Shown here piece after piece: positions 38,000 to 51,289 of a stretch of 64,000 bases of DNA. The stretch is from Octopus sinensis. Lineage: Eukaryota. The position numbers and the translations under genes are program-made. Under the pieces are notes generated by a model. That model did no database searches, had not been told where the DNA came from, and saw only the letters and a list, made by a program, of their open reading frames with translations. The stretch covers positions 17,484,001-17,548,000 of the forward strand of contig NC_043016.1 of the NCBI RefSeq assembly GCF_006345805.1, given 5' to 3'. The number at the start of each line of letters is the position of its first letter. The stretch's first letter is position 1.

Positions 38000-39250
38000 A
38001 CTCATTCTTTCAGTTGCATTATTTACCAAACTGTTTCATACAAGCTAGAAGAGGAAACCTACCTGCCGTTCTCAACAAAAGCAAGGTGGTGGAGAGACCT
38101 TCACGATGGAGTCGACTGGTATCCGGATGTTTCATACACGTGACGCAGCTGTTCAACATATATCCACAATTAAAACAATACTCGGACCCTAATCGAATGT
38201 GTGTAGAACGGTAAGGCAGTTATACATAAGAGAGGCCATATTGTCGTTCGTTGGCTTTTGCCCGAACGTTTGAGTATAGCTTCCTCTCAGACATTTGAGA
38301 TTTGAGACTGGTTACTATTGCATTTACCTCACCCCAGTTTCTATAGAGGTTCAAACTGAACCGGGCATCAAGTAACTTAACCGGTTCATTGATAAAGTCA
38401 CCAACTGCTTTGGTCAATGGTCAGGGCTTTCCTTTATGCGTAAGATGCTGAGTGTCTTGGTTGGTTAATCTTTACTCCTGTCGTCAGCTCATATTCCTTC
38501 AGAACGGTGTAGACTACCTCGATATCCACTGTGTCAGACATCATCACAGTAACATCATCTGAATGTGTTAACACGGTCTAGTCACACTCCAATTTCAATG
38601 AGATACCCCTCTCTGACCACTGCTACTAGTTAATTATTACAGAAGAGATGAACGTTTCGAGAGATAATTATATAGATTTACCTTTCAGTAGATAACCCTG
38701 TACATTGAAGCAAGTCAGTTTCTGAAAAAGGAACCGAAACCGGCTGCTCTGAGGACAACCGTCATTTATTGAAACATTTCAATCGAACGAATACAGTCTT
38801 ATTGAACGAATTTAGTCGTTGTGGTAAGATCAATGTAGGTCATACTTAATGACCTACATTGACGTAACGACCCTGCTTCCAAAGTAACCCTAGACTACGT
38901 CCAGTTATGCAACACCCTCTTAAGGTCACCCCATTGGTTTAAAGGCAAAGAGAAAAGGAAACAAGTTACTTACCCATTGAGTGATTCCGGAGGACGCTAA
39001 CTCGGTGTCAGGGCGTTTTTTTGTTTCCTTTGGGAAGTCCTTATGTTCGGACTTTACACAACATTGGGGAAATCCTCCCTCAATTTTTTGTCTCCAGCCT
39101 TATTATTTTCAATGATCTGGAGGAGGATTTTTACTGTGGTCTCTGATCAAAGTTCCTCTCCGTTCGGTTCACTGCGAGAAAAGTTTCACTACCCTCCAGA
39201 GTGATACACGCTAGATGTTCAACCTAGGTGGACTCTTTCTATCTTAACCT
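38000..39250 (-). pseudogene. Decayed Tx1/L1-clade RT fragment
   Basis: VVLRAAGFGSFFRN*LASMY and HSDDVTVMMSDTVDIEVVYTVLKEYE.TTGVKIN parallel YADDVTIAVSD..IGATLKEY..GVKIS at 49250-49390. Confidence 0.6.
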
Positions 39251-39849
39251 GACAAGTTCTTCTCCCTTAATAAGTATTGTTTCTGACGTTTCTGTTTCTT
39301 TTGTTGTTGCTACTACTGTTAACTTCTGCAATAACAGTGGTGTTGTTCTTTGGACTTCAGACTTGAAGAGTTTTCTCCTCCCCATCTAGTGGAGTGTGCT
39401 GCGATTCTCTCTTAGACTTTTCTCTTAAGCCTCTCTCCATTAAACTAAGTCAATAAACTCTCTATTAAAAAAAAATACTTTCAAAGCAAACAAATAAACT
39501 AACCAGTCGTATGTGGTCTGGGCGGCGTTAACAAATGTTACATAACAAAATTTAAAAGCTAACAACTTTTGAAATCATAAATGAACAAATCAAATTACTA
39601 ACGATGCGAGAAGCGTCAATCTGTTGGCTGTAGGTAACTGACGCTTTCCATCATATCCTGCAAAATAAGCTGAGAATTTTCCTAACAATAAATAAATAAA
39701 TAATGGCTTTAACTTTTGGTACAAGACAAGCAATTTCGGGAATGGACAAGTCGATTACATCGACGCCGAAAGGTTAACAAAAAAAAAAAAACCCAAAAAA
39801 ACAAAAAACAAAAAAACAATCTGTTACAATTTGAAATTATAAGAATTTA

Positions 39850-40111
39850 GAATACGAAAAGTGTAAAGGTTGTGCCTAAGTAATTGGTAACTGTAAGCAA
39901 AGATATAGACAAATGTTTGAAGGAGATTGGAATAGAATGTCTTGTAGATCTTGTACAGAAAATTTGTTTCTTAGGGAGAAGAAAGATTATCAGGAGGATT
40001 CTAAACACTTGAAAGACTATCGGAAGACTGCGGATACCTAAGGTTACAGGTGGTAACCCGCTACCCACATAAATTCTATCAGGAATAAGAACGAACCTCA
40101 GTCAAATCAAT

Positions 40112-40185
<74 letters not shown>

Positions 40186-40190
40186 TGATG
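39850..40190 (+). mobile_element. R4/Dong-like LINE 3' end with (AAT)n tail
   Basis: VQKICFLGRRKIIRRILNT* plus a 3'UTR nearly matching 52800-52995. Confidence 0.75.
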
Positions 40191-40199
40191 ATGATGATG

Positions 40200-42229
40200 G
40201 TCACACCCGTCGGTTTCGACATATGAGTGTCTGAAGGAGAAGGCGTAACGTTAAAGAGAGTAATAGAAAGAAAAAAAGTAAGAAGCTGCATCAATTTGCG
40301 ATGGATGCGCGAATGTAATTTCAGTCCAAGTATAGATGTTGGTATGGAATCGCAACGGGGATAATGAGGATTTTGATTTTGCCTGAGATTAGGCAAGTGT
40401 GTCTGTTGATTGCAGAATATAGTTCTTCTGTTGTTCTTTTTCTTCAACTCAAATTGTCTGGATGCATCATGACACATTTTACGCCATGCAGATCGATCTC
40501 GGCACTAACTTTCCCAAGATGTCAGGTTAAGTTGCTAGAGATTTTAATGATTGCTTCAATTTATCCTTATGCCTAAGGAGAGGTCTTCCTCTGCTGCGAG
40601 ATCCCTCCACTTGCTGGCTATGTAGAACAATTCTCGGAATGTGGTTATGTCCTACCCGTCTGCACTGAATTCTCCTCAACATGCTTTGGTTATTGGAGAT
40701 ATCATATTCTTCTAAGATTTCGACATTGGACATATTTTCTTGCTGGTTTATGTTGCATATGTTGTGCAAGTAGCACATGTCGAAGGGTTCAAGTTTCTTT
40801 GCATGTCTGCAGTAGGGAACCCAAGCTTCTACTCCTTACAAAAGTGTGCTCAAAATATAAGATTTGTATACATTTATTTTAGCTTTCACACTGATATCGT
40901 GTTCATCTCACAAATGATAGGCGAAAAGCACTTGTAACCTTAGTTATTCTAACATTGATTTCGTCATCAAGAGTAATCTTAAAGTTCACTGTACTTCCAA
41001 GATATTTAAATGACCTGACCCATTTGAGTGGTTTGTTGTCTATCATCACATTTGAATCTTGAGTATGTTCTGCCCCAGACCAAGGTTAGAATAAAACTTC
41101 AGTCTTTTTGATGCTAACAGTCAGTACAAATGCATGAGCTGCCCTAACAAACCTGTCGACCGTTTCCTGGATTCCCTCAAAGGAATGAGAAATCAGAGCA
41201 CAATCATCAGCAAGCAAAGTCAATCTTGATCCCCTCCTTGGTCTTTTTCTTTGATCTGAAATTTTGCCCTTTCAGGTTTCATAGACCTCCCTCTGTGCGA
41301 AACTGGAATTTTATAACTTCATGGTAATCCCTGAAAGCATGTTGGAGCATCACTGAAAAGAATATGGAAAAAAGTCCTGGGGCTAAAACACATCCCTGTT
41401 TGGTTCCAATGGCAACAGAAAATGCCCCTGAACATTGACTGTGAGATATCACTGTTGCCATCATTACTTTGTGCAGAGATACTATTACCGTAATCATCAG
41501 AAATTATCAGGAAAACCTGATTTTCCAAAGCACCTCATAATCCACCATATCAAAGGCCTTGCTCAAGTCAACAAAGACCATGTGCAAGTCAGAATTTTAT
41601 TCACGCGCTTTCTCTTGAACTTGTTGGAGGGCAAATATCACACCAAATATGCCTCTTCCAGCCCAAAATCCGCATTGGGATTCAGGATCTATACTTTTTA
41701 TTACGTGTTTATTAATGTGGTTAAGGATCACCCCCGCAAGAACTGTTCCAGCTATGCACAAGCTTATTTCCCCTGTGATTATCACATACACTCTTCTTCC
41801 CTTTGTTTTTGTACAAATGCATTATTAATGCATCTTTGAACTGCTGGCGAACAGATCCAGTTTCCCAGATGAAGTAGGTCAAGTTGTCTGCGACCATACT
41901 TGTACATCCTTATGCGAATACCATCTTGTGCAGGAGCTTTACCATTGGAAAGTTTTTTGATAGCAGTACTTATCTCAAGGAAGGATCTTCCGCTAGTTCT
42001 TCAATTATAGGCCACTGGGGAGATTTCGTTGATTACTTCAGGATCGGTCGTGGATTCTTGATTTAATATAGATTTAAAGTGATCAGTCCATCTTTTCAAA
42101 ATTTCATTTTTCCTACTTAAGAATTTTGTTCCGTCGTTAGAAAGAATAGGTTCTGTGGCACCCTTTCTTGGACCAAATGCATCCTTCAGATTGTCATACA
42201 GTGCTCTCAAGTTGTGAGAGTTAGCAGCC
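40200..42229 (-). mobile_element. RTE-clade LINE, 5'-truncated and degraded
   Basis: PESQCGF..GRG....IFALQQVQEKARE, TKQGCVLAP.LFSIFF, L.ADDCAL, RSRGRPLLRHKD.LK, a C-terminal PRCD...LGL.SH motif and an (ATC)n tail. Confidence 0.85.
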
Positions 42230-42237
42230 TATATAAT

Positions 42238-42289
<52 letters not shown>

Positions 42290-42297
<8 letters not shown>

Positions 42298-43220
42298 CAA
42301 AAGCTATAAAACAAATGAAATCCAAACTAAAAATAGAACAGCAACGAGCCATGATAAAACGATGGCAAGAAAAGCCCCTTCATGGTAAATACTGCACTAA
42401 ACTAACGCAAAAGAAATAGACAAAGAAAAACCCCAGCAATGGTTGAGAAGCTCAGGACTCAAAGCAGAAACAGAGGGATTTTTAATTGCAGCACAAGACC
42501 AAAGCCTCCCCACCAGAAATTACCAAAAACATGTAATGAAAAGAAATATTACAAGTAACTGCAGAATATGTGGAGATGGACAAGAAACAATAAATCATAT
42601 TATCTCTAGCTGCCCAGTCCTGGCTAAGAAGGAATATATTCACAGACATGACAGAGTTGGAACCTACATACATTGGAAGCTATGCCAACATTATGGAATA
42701 ACAACAGAAAAAAGATGGTATAGGCACACACTAGAAAAGGTCACAGAAAACGAGAAAGCAACCATACTCTGGGATATGCCGATACACACAGATAGAGAAA
42801 TTAAGGCCAACAGACCAGATATAGTTGTCAGAGATCATGAAGAAAAAAAATGTTTTCTAATTGATGTATCAATACCGCCAGATGACAACGTGTCTCTAAA
42901 AGAAATGGAGAAACTCTCAAAATACAAAGACCTGGAAATAGAGCTAACTAGAATGTGGAACCTGAAAACAGAAACAATTCCTATCATAGTAGGTGCATTA
43001 GGCATGATAAAAAAATATTCAGACAAATACATAACAAAAACACCAGGACTTACAAACACATATAACATACAGAAAATTGCACTACTAGGCACTGCACACA
43101 TCCTACGCAGAACACTTTCCATACAATAACCATCAGAGCATCACAAATCACAGCACATACCCAAGGCACACAGAGCTGCGCTCGGTAGTGAAGTGAAAGC
43201 ACGCTATAAAAATAAAACTA

Positions 43221-43270
<50 letters not shown>
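42290..43270 (+). mobile_element. R4/Dong-like RLE LINE, 5'-truncated, between (AAT)n tracts
   Basis: Open frame 42443-43129 with a CCHC knuckle (CRICGDGQETINHIISSC), RHD, and a PD-(D/E)xK nuclease (RPDIVV..IDVSIP..EKLSKYKDL). No RT core is present. Confidence 0.92.
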
Positions 43271-43309
43271 CCACAACAGCAACAACTACAACTACAACAA
43301 CAACAATAA

Positions 43310-44229
43310 TGATGTTTTCTTTATTGGCCACATGGGCCTACATTGAACATACAGGGACGCAAATACAAAGGCACAAACGGACACAAACAGAAGGGTTTAC
43401 CGAGTAAACATAAAACAATAACAAAAATTAACAATGAAATTAAACAAATACAATTCCTCAATAATGGGAGGCTTCCAAGGGAAAACCGTGACCACTTAGG
43501 CAAGTGTTTCCTCTCCCTTTTACTCCAGAGTTGGTCCAGAGCATGCTCAGAACAGGCCTATTCACACGAACCATGCTCGCCACTCTCATCACTTTTCAAT
43601 AAACTTGCTAGAAGGGAGCACCTTTCTCCTCCTCTTTGGTCCGCCTCTTCAAGTGAAACCTGAAAAAGTTGATCAGAGATTCGCCAGAGAGGAAAGTGCC
43701 CTTTCAGTCTTGTCCATCACACAACCTCTTTCGCCATGGCCCCCAGGGACATGAAAACTGTCCGGCTTTCCCGACCAAAGGAAGAGGGCAGTGCAATCGT
43801 AACAATAGACTCAGTTGATAGCCGGATCCGTGCTGCAACGCGACAGCAAGTGCTCGACATTAACCCACGCATCAGAAATTATAGGACCCTGGACGAGATT
43901 TGTACTCTGTGCACATCTCGGGCAACTCTGACTGCCTGTGGATTTTATCCCGAACCGGCAACGCTCCCCGGTAGCATTGCCAGGCCGGGGATTTCTGTTA
44001 CCCATAGGCCCCGGACCGAAAGACCTCTGGGAAAGATCGGCCACTTATTCTTCATTGAAGCCCAGAGTTTCCACAAGGACGTCGTCATACATGTCCTTCA
44101 TTAACTCCCTATAGAACACCGAGGTAGAATTTCCACCGACCGCAATGCCCGACTGGTAGAGGACTAAGAGGGCTTGTTGGCACTCGAGGTGCCTCTCATC
44201 ATCCCTCAGTCTTCGCTTGACCCAGGGTT
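43310..44229 (-). mobile_element. Tx1/L1-clade LINE, 3' portion
   Basis: C-terminal CPRCAQ..EHL..C zinc motif. The 3' end GGCCAATAAAAGAAA abuts an ATT/GTT repeat. The reading frame joins 48821+ across the CR1 insertion. Confidence 0.75.
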
Positions 44230-47200
44230 AGTTAGTTAGTTAGTTAATTTGGCTCAAAAGCAAATAGCAAGGCCATGTAGGGGGACATGGAGTTAAGTAC
44301 AGGGTGGTGTTCATGTAAAGAGTTCAGGCCACTTGAGGTCCAGGGAGGCTTTGAACAAAGCGGTCGTCGGCATCTTCACCATCTCGTCTGGCAGCTTGTT
44401 CCACGGATCTGCAACCCGGACGGAGAAAGCTCCTCTCCTTCGATTGAGATGAAATCGTCGCAGGTAGAGCTTTTCGGAATAACCCCGCAGCCGACGCTCC
44501 GGAGCAGGAGTGAAGAACAGCTCTTTCGAGAGGTTACACTTCCCGCTTATGATGTTGTAGGCGAGAATGAGATCACCACGGCGGCAGCGTTTTTCAAGAG
44601 AATAAAGGTCGAGCGTCCTCAGCCTTTCTTCGTAGGACAAATTTTTGAGACCATGAACCATGCGGGTAGCCAGCCTCTGGACTCTTTCGAGATGCTGTAT
44701 GTCTTTGAGGAGATAAGGAGAAGAGGCTTGAATCCCATACTCCAATATGGGTCTCACCAGCGTGACATAGAGTGTAGGAATATGGCTGCTGTGAGCGTTC
44801 CGAATGACCATCGAATCAAAAACAGAATTCCGCGCGCTTTGTTGGCAGCATGGACGCACTGGGCCGAAGGCGAAAAGGAGGAATCCACCAAGATACCCAG
44901 GTCCTTACCTGATCGGTCCTCTCCAGCAGCAGACGACCCGGCTCGAAATCAAGTTGAGTTGCAGGAGTAGAGCCGACAGGCAGATGACAGCACTTTGACA
45001 CGTTCAGACACAGGTCCCAATCGTTAGACCACTTCCAAATTTGGTGGAGGCATCGACGAAGATCTTCTATACTACCGCGAGGAGCGACCAGTTGATATCG
45101 TCGGCAAATAGAAGGGTGTGTTGCGTGAGGTCGTCGGGCAAGTCATTTATGAAGACTAAGAACAACAAGGGCCCAAGCACTGAACCTTGAGGCACGCCAC
45201 TGCTCGCACTGGAGACGTCGGACCGCGAACCATTAACTTGAACTTGGAAGGAGCGATCTGAGAGGAAGGCACCAACCCATCGTACAATATCCGGATGGAA
45301 ACTATATGCTTGAAGCTTGACAAGTAGTAGGCGGTGGTTTACCGAGTCAAAAGCTTTGGCAAAGTCCAATAAAACGATGTCAACAGCATCACTATCATCG
45401 AGGATGCGCGTCACCAATTCTTCCATTATTAGTAAGTTGGTCAAGCATGATCTCTTCGGCACGAAGCTGTGTTGGGTATCAGTGATCGAGGCTGTGTTTA
45501 GGAGGTGGGGCATCATACTTTTCTTAAGGATGGTTTCGAACATCTTGCTGATTATTGATGTAAGGGAAACCGGTCGGTAGTTAAGCGGGTCTTCGCGGCT
45601 CCCTTTCTTGAAAATTGGGCAGATTATTGCTGTTCTCCAGTCTGCAGGTATAACACCTGTCGCCAATGACATATTGAATAGACGTGTTAAGGGCTCGCAG
45701 ATGACCGGAGCCAACGCTTTGATAACCCGTGGGTGTATGCCGTCAGGGCCGTGACCCTTGTTGACATCGAGGCCTTGAATAACACGTTTGACTTCGTCCC
45801 GCGTGATGACCAATCGAAGCATTGGAGGTACCGATCTATCAAATGGAGGGGGTTCACGACCATCATCTTGTTTGAAAATAGTTGAAAAAGCCTCGGCAAA
45901 TAATTGACTCTGTTGATAAGGGTCCTCAATCGATACGCCTGTTGAGTCTACCAACGTTGCAATCTGGTTGTTCAAGCGGGAATTCCGCTGGACATGGGCA
46001 AAGAAGGTTTTTGGATTGCTACTGGCATTTGCCGCGATTTTGTATTCATAACTGAAGCGTTCTTTCTTTTCAATTTTCACGGCTCGGTCTCGTTGAGTTT
46101 TGTACACCTCAAAAGCTGCAGTCGAATCCAGATTTTTGAATTCAGCCCAAGCAATATCTCTGAGTCGACGTTCTCGTTTAACCTTCTTCGTCACCCAGGG
46201 CTTGTGTTTCTTCCTCTTGGGAAGCCCCACGGGAACTGCCTGGTCAGTCAAACAGATTACATATGCTTTGGGGATGACCATAGTTCGTCAACTGAGGACA
46301 ACGTCATCAGGGATCGCCAGTCCAGAAGCGCGGAAGCCTCGGTTAGAATTTCAAGATTAATTGCAGAGAAGACTCTACGTGGCAGCGAAGTAATCGTGGG
46401 CGTAGAAAAAGTTGTGTGCATGACGAACTTCAGGACCGCATGATCACTCTTGGCAAGAGGGGCGCACACAGATACGTCTGACACTGATCTTGGATAGCGG
46501 GAGAATACCAGATCTAGCATAGATGGCTGCTGCCCAGACCGATGCCTTGTCGGATATTCAACATGTTGCGATAGAAAACAATCTTCAGCCACGTCAAGAA
46601 GGCCTGGCCGAACCGGGAAGATGTTGTGCAAATTGATGCGGGCCAATCGATCGTGGGAGCGTTGAAGTCGCCTAGTACCAAGCAGTCATGCGAAGCTGAA
46701 ACGAATCTTATCGCTTCGAGTAGATGAGCATCGTCCTGGGGGTCGGCAAGAGGCGGCCTGTAGACAGCCCACACGGGCAGGCAAAACTCAGATAGGCTCA
46801 GCTTGCAATAGACGGCATCGAATTTTGTTGTAGGTTGAGCATTTGTGGTAGAATACCGCAGGGCGGTTTGTGCTCAGACTTACATACACAGCAACACCTC
46901 CACCTCGCCTTTTTCCTCTGTCACATCTGAAAAGGACGTAGCCCTGCAGGTGGATTTCTGAGTCCTTTACTGCTGGAGTCAGCCAAGTCTCGGTGATAGC
47001 TATCACATCAGGGGAGTCACGTATGGCCAGTGTAAATAGTTCACTGAACTTTGGGAATAAGGAGCACGAGTTGGTGTAGACGATGCTGAGCTGTGAAGTC
47101 TGAGGGGCGGGAGTTGGGGAACAAGCAGAATAAAGGGCATCAGAGATAGCATCGTTGCCGGGGGCATCAACTTCACTTCGATTTGCCCTCACATCACTTT

Positions 47201-48820
47201 CCCTGTCAGCACTACAGCATGGGACCAGAGGTAGTACTTGATTATCTGTCCATCTTGGATTCGTAAACCCTTCTCTCCCATTTGTTTCCTCATCTTTAGT
47301 TCGGATATCAGGTTCCTCCGGCGAATTCTCTCTCTTAGTGAGTATTCCTCGCGAAAACCCATATTGGGGTCCTCCCAGGCATGCGTCTGAGCTCTGTTCA
47401 GAAAGACTGAAGCCTCCCGATCAGAAGAAAAGATTACCCTTATTGGGCGTGGTCTAGTATCTGCGGTTGGGTTCGCTTGGAATCTTCCTAGCCGAGCGAC
47501 CTTAAGAACACTGACATTTTCGTTCACAGAGAACAATTCTCCAACCAAAATGGAAACAAAATTAATGTCATCTTTTAGGCGGTTTATGCCTGTATCACAG
47601 GTGGATTCAGCTTTGCCATATATTATTGCTGATCTGAGTGGGCAAAAAGTTCTCTACTATGAGCTGCGGTATTCGATTCTTCATTGGAGGATTTCGAAAG
47701 GGTGGTTTCATAGCCATCGGACTTATGTCGGCCTGTGGGGTCGATCGGAATGGATTTAGTGGTCATAATTTTCCCGCCTGGTTTGGAACTGCACTGCCTC
47801 TTCTTCGGTTTGGGGGAGCACCACTCCCCATATGAACTCACATCGAGATCGTTCAGAATTGGTTGAGCAATGGCATTAATGGGAAGGACAAAGTGAGAGA
47901 ATCCAACAGATTTTATCGTGATCAGGTTTCATAGCCAAATCTGCCCCTCTGGAGTTTTGACTACGTTTCTTCTTTGGGGAGAACAACGGTCTTCAGGTGG
48001 GTTTGAGTCTACGCTCCTCAAACTAGGTTGGGGAACCTCCGGGACCGAAAGGCAGATGAGGAAGAATCCGCACAGGAACGATCATGTGCAGGAACGACCG
48101 CCGGTTCCTTCGCCTTCTTTGGCCGCTTCGATTTTGTTCCCTTCGGTTTGGACGTCTCCAGGGAAGAAATCAAGGGTGACTCTGCGTCAACAGGAGACTG
48201 TTTATTCAGTAAGAGAGCAACAACAGACTCTAGGTGCTCAACCTCTTGTTTGAGCAACAGCAACTGCTCGTTGAGCTGACTATTGGTAGGACCATCATCT
48301 TGATGAGAAGCCCTTCTTGCAGATCTCAGTTTCGATCCGTAGGTAGCTGACATGATGGATGGTTGACTAAAAACAATCTTCTATGGGCTCTAGGACAAAT
48401 CGGGGTTAAATCAGGAACAAAAAACAGGTGCAATCCTTGTAGGAGTAGGCAACAGCAGACAAAATCTGAGAGAGTTTGGGCTGAGCCGAATCACAATCCA
48501 AGATTGAAAGCAGACGGTGCAACGAGTCGGGAACCCTTCCTAATTGTCTGAAGCAGCTTTAGGATAAGGGATAGTATGTCCAACTTTAGAATATTGATAT
48601 GCATGTAACATGTTCCACACGATTAAATATCATGTGACGTGCCATTTAGTACTTCAATAATTGCATCTGCGCATGTTTGTATATGTGTGAATACTGTGTT
48701 TATGTGCGAGAAGGCACATGTTTTTGTCTATTGTTAAATTAGATTATTAATTTTTCTTTTTTTTCTCACGTTTTTCCCTTTTAAAGTATTTCTTTTTAAA
48801 GTAAATTATACGTTGGAGGG
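44230..48820 (-). mobile_element. Apparently full-length CR1-clade LINE (5'UTR, ORF1, ORF2 APE-RT), multiply frameshifted
   Basis: ORF1 starts at 48353 and includes RLG..RPRPIRVIF..ER.RR.L..ELK.R. APE motifs N..SL..K, DVIAITETWL, GGGVAVYV, VYRPP, GDFNAP.IDW, LDLVF and SDH. RT motifs GPDGIHP, YRPVSLTS, DFAKAFDSV, GVPQGSVLGPLLF and FADD. (TAAC)n tail; 6-bp TSD AGGGTT at 44224-44229 and 48821-48826. Confidence 0.92.
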
Positions 48821-49510
48821 AGGGTTGCAGTTCCGTTAAGGAGACGAGTTGAGGAAAAGCGCGTCTGACGAAGGGTGGCCACACCTGTTCACCGTCAAGG
48901 AAACGCTGGAGATGCCGCAGCCTCAACGCATGCCTGCGTATCAGCAACCACAACATGCCCAGCGGCTGTTGACAGCTGATGGACCGCCTGACAAGAGGAA
49001 TGCGCCACTTCCACAGAAAGAAAAAGACACAGTAATAGATGGCGGATGCCATGTACGTATTCATCACCTCTGCACGACCTTTCAGGGACAGTTTCCTCTG
49101 GGTGAGCTTGGCTACCCTGATCTTCCCCTCCCAATTCTTTTCAACCTGGAGTTCTGGACCGAACCAGATCCCAAGTAGCTTAACCGGTTTGTCTGTCCAG
49201 TGCCCTACGAAGTTGTTGGACGGCATACACGTGCCTCTCCAGGTGTCGGGTTGCAGGCCTACTGATCTGTCCGGGCTAATCTTCACTCCTATCGCCTCTA
49301 AATATTCCTTTAGAGTGGCGCCGATCGCCTCGATGAGCGTGGCGTCAGACACGGCTATGGTGACATCGTCTGCATACACCGACACGCTTCTCTTGCATCG
49401 TAACTCTCGCGGGAAACCACTCAACACCTCCATTTTCCATAGGAGTGGCTCTAAGCTCAATACATACTGAAGAGGTGAGAGCGGTCAGCCTTGGCGGACC
49501 GAGCGCAAAA
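48821..49510 (-). mobile_element. Tx1/L1-clade LINE, 5'-truncated RT portion
   Basis: RSVRQG*PLSP, SLEPLL, YADDVT, KLLGIWFGP and LSLKGRAEV.N.Y.AS. Begins next to (AAT)n. Confidence 0.85.
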
Positions 49511-49542
49511 TACTAAACGAAATAATAATAATAATAATAATA

Positions 49543-49581
<39 letters not shown>

Positions 49582-49649
49582 ATGATGATGATGATGATGA
49601 TAATAATTTTAATAATAACTCGAAACCACTGCAACAAAACAAGCAAAAC

Positions 49650-50150
49650 GGATCAAGCAGACTGGGTTTTTCTAGTCAACATTGACAGAAGGATCCAGGC
49701 TAATCGACCAGACATGATTATTAAAGACAGGGAAAAAAATATTTGTAGACTAACAGGTGTAAGTGTTTCCACTGATAAAAATATATCTGTAAAGAAATTT
49801 GACAAACTAAGTAAATATAAGGACCTGGAAATTGAAATACAAAAGATGTGGCATCTTAATACGAGAACTCTTCCTGTTATTGCAGGTGCTCTAAGTATGA
49901 TAAAAAAGGGATGTCAGAAACATCTAGATAATATCCCAGGAGAAGCATGTCTCAGAGAAATCCAAAAGATTGTGCTGACAAGTACTGCCCACATCCTTAG
50001 AAAAACCCTATCCATTTAAATGTCTGTGTTATATTACATGAAAATATTTCGCTACAGCCCCTGCCATTTCCTTTCCCCAAGCTTTCAGCCATACTATAAC
50101 ATTTCTTATCCTTCACTCGTCACAGGACACTGGTTGTGTCTTGGCAAATG
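49650..50150 (+). mobile_element. R4/Dong-like LINE 3' fragment
   Basis: IQANRPDMIIKD..KKFDKLSKYKDLEIEI..LPVIAGAL..IQKIVL.STAHILRKTLSI*, preceded by (AAT)n(GAT)n. Confidence 0.85.
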
Positions 50151-50189
50151 ACTGAAACAAACATGCAGATTAAACACTATTCACATTAT

Positions 50190-51093
50190 TTACATTATTT
50201 ATATTTGACGGATATTTGTCCTCATCTTGTTTGTTGTTAACACAACATTTCAACTGATACACCCTCCATCCTTCATCAAGTATCTTGGAGAAATTTCGAA
50301 CCTGGGTTCTCATTTCTAAGGTATTTTTCTATGTTGATACCCACCACGAAGAAATGATCAAGCTCAGTAACAATCTATTAAGCAGCAACTACCCCAAAAA
50401 CATACCATCCACTCCAATTATGAAGGAAAGAGAGGATGAAACCAACCAATAAACTGTTTACAGTCTGTCTACCCTATGTGAAAGGCCTCTCCGAAAAGAT
50501 ACAAAAGATATGCAGCCCATATGACACCAGGACAGTATTCAAGAGTAATACAACACTTTGCAAATATCTCCTTTGAGTAAAACCACCAATAGAAGAGAAT
50601 ATGACCAAAAACTGTGTGTACTCCATGCCATGCAGCTGTGGTAGGTTATACAAAGGCGAAACATGTCGCCCCCTCAAAATAAGGGTAGAGGAACATCGCA
50701 AAGCTGTGACACAGGGAGATATTGATAAATCGAGTATAGCTCATCATGTATGGGAAAATGGAGATCTTCTCCCCCTGTGGGATGAAGTTAAAATAATAGA
50801 CAGAGAACACCTCTGGAAAATACGAAAACTAAAAGAAGCAGCAGATATACTAGGACACAACAACCTCTAAACAGACCGAGTGCACATATGGGAACCAGTA
50901 TTAAGGAAGGAGAATATTAGATTTATAAGCCCTAAAATTCACTCCGTAATTGCTCACGGGTATATGGCGTAGTGGTTAAGAGCGCAGGCTACTAACCCCA
51001 CGATTCCGAGTTCGATTCCAGGCAGTGACCTTAATAATAATAATAATAATAATAACAACAACATCGAAAAATACCTTAGGAATGAGAACCCAG
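50190..51093 (+). mobile_element. 5'-truncated Penelope-like element (Poseidon-like GIY-YIG) with an inverted 5' pLTR fragment
   Basis: LPYVKGLSEKIQKIC..VFKS.NTL, NCVYSMPCSCGRLYKGETCRPL..R..EH and SSIAHHVW. 50302-50336 is an inverted copy of 51059-51093. A decayed antisense HHR lies at ~50241-50286. Confidence 0.85.
50958..51030 (+). promoter_or_regulatory. tRNA-derived Pol III-type head (A and B boxes) in the PLE 3' terminal region
   Basis: A box TGGCGTAGTGG (50965-50975) and B box AGTTCGATTCC (51009-51019). The stems do not form a complete cloverleaf. Confidence 0.75.
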
Positions 51094-51289
51094 AACAGAC
51101 TGTTTCTATCAAGAAAAAGAGGCAGAAGAGGACTGCATTAGAACACAGCATTAGAGCAGAGGAAAATGTAGCATGGTATGTAAAAATGCCACAGAACCAC
51201 TGTTGTTGAAAGTAAGAAGGTCAGGCTTGTGTAGGATGGAAGCTTGCAAAGATAAAGCACTATAAAAGAAACTGAAAACGAATGAAACT

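Noticed and set aside
44287-44970. 227-aa plus-strand ORF as an independent gene
   Set aside because: It is an antisense frame of the GC-rich CR1 ORF2 3' end, with no recognisable motifs.
50958-51030. Possible tRNA gene (ACT anticodon-like loop)
   Set aside because: The acceptor and T stems do not pair properly and it runs into (AAT)n inside a mobile element, so it is treated as a tRNA-derived head.
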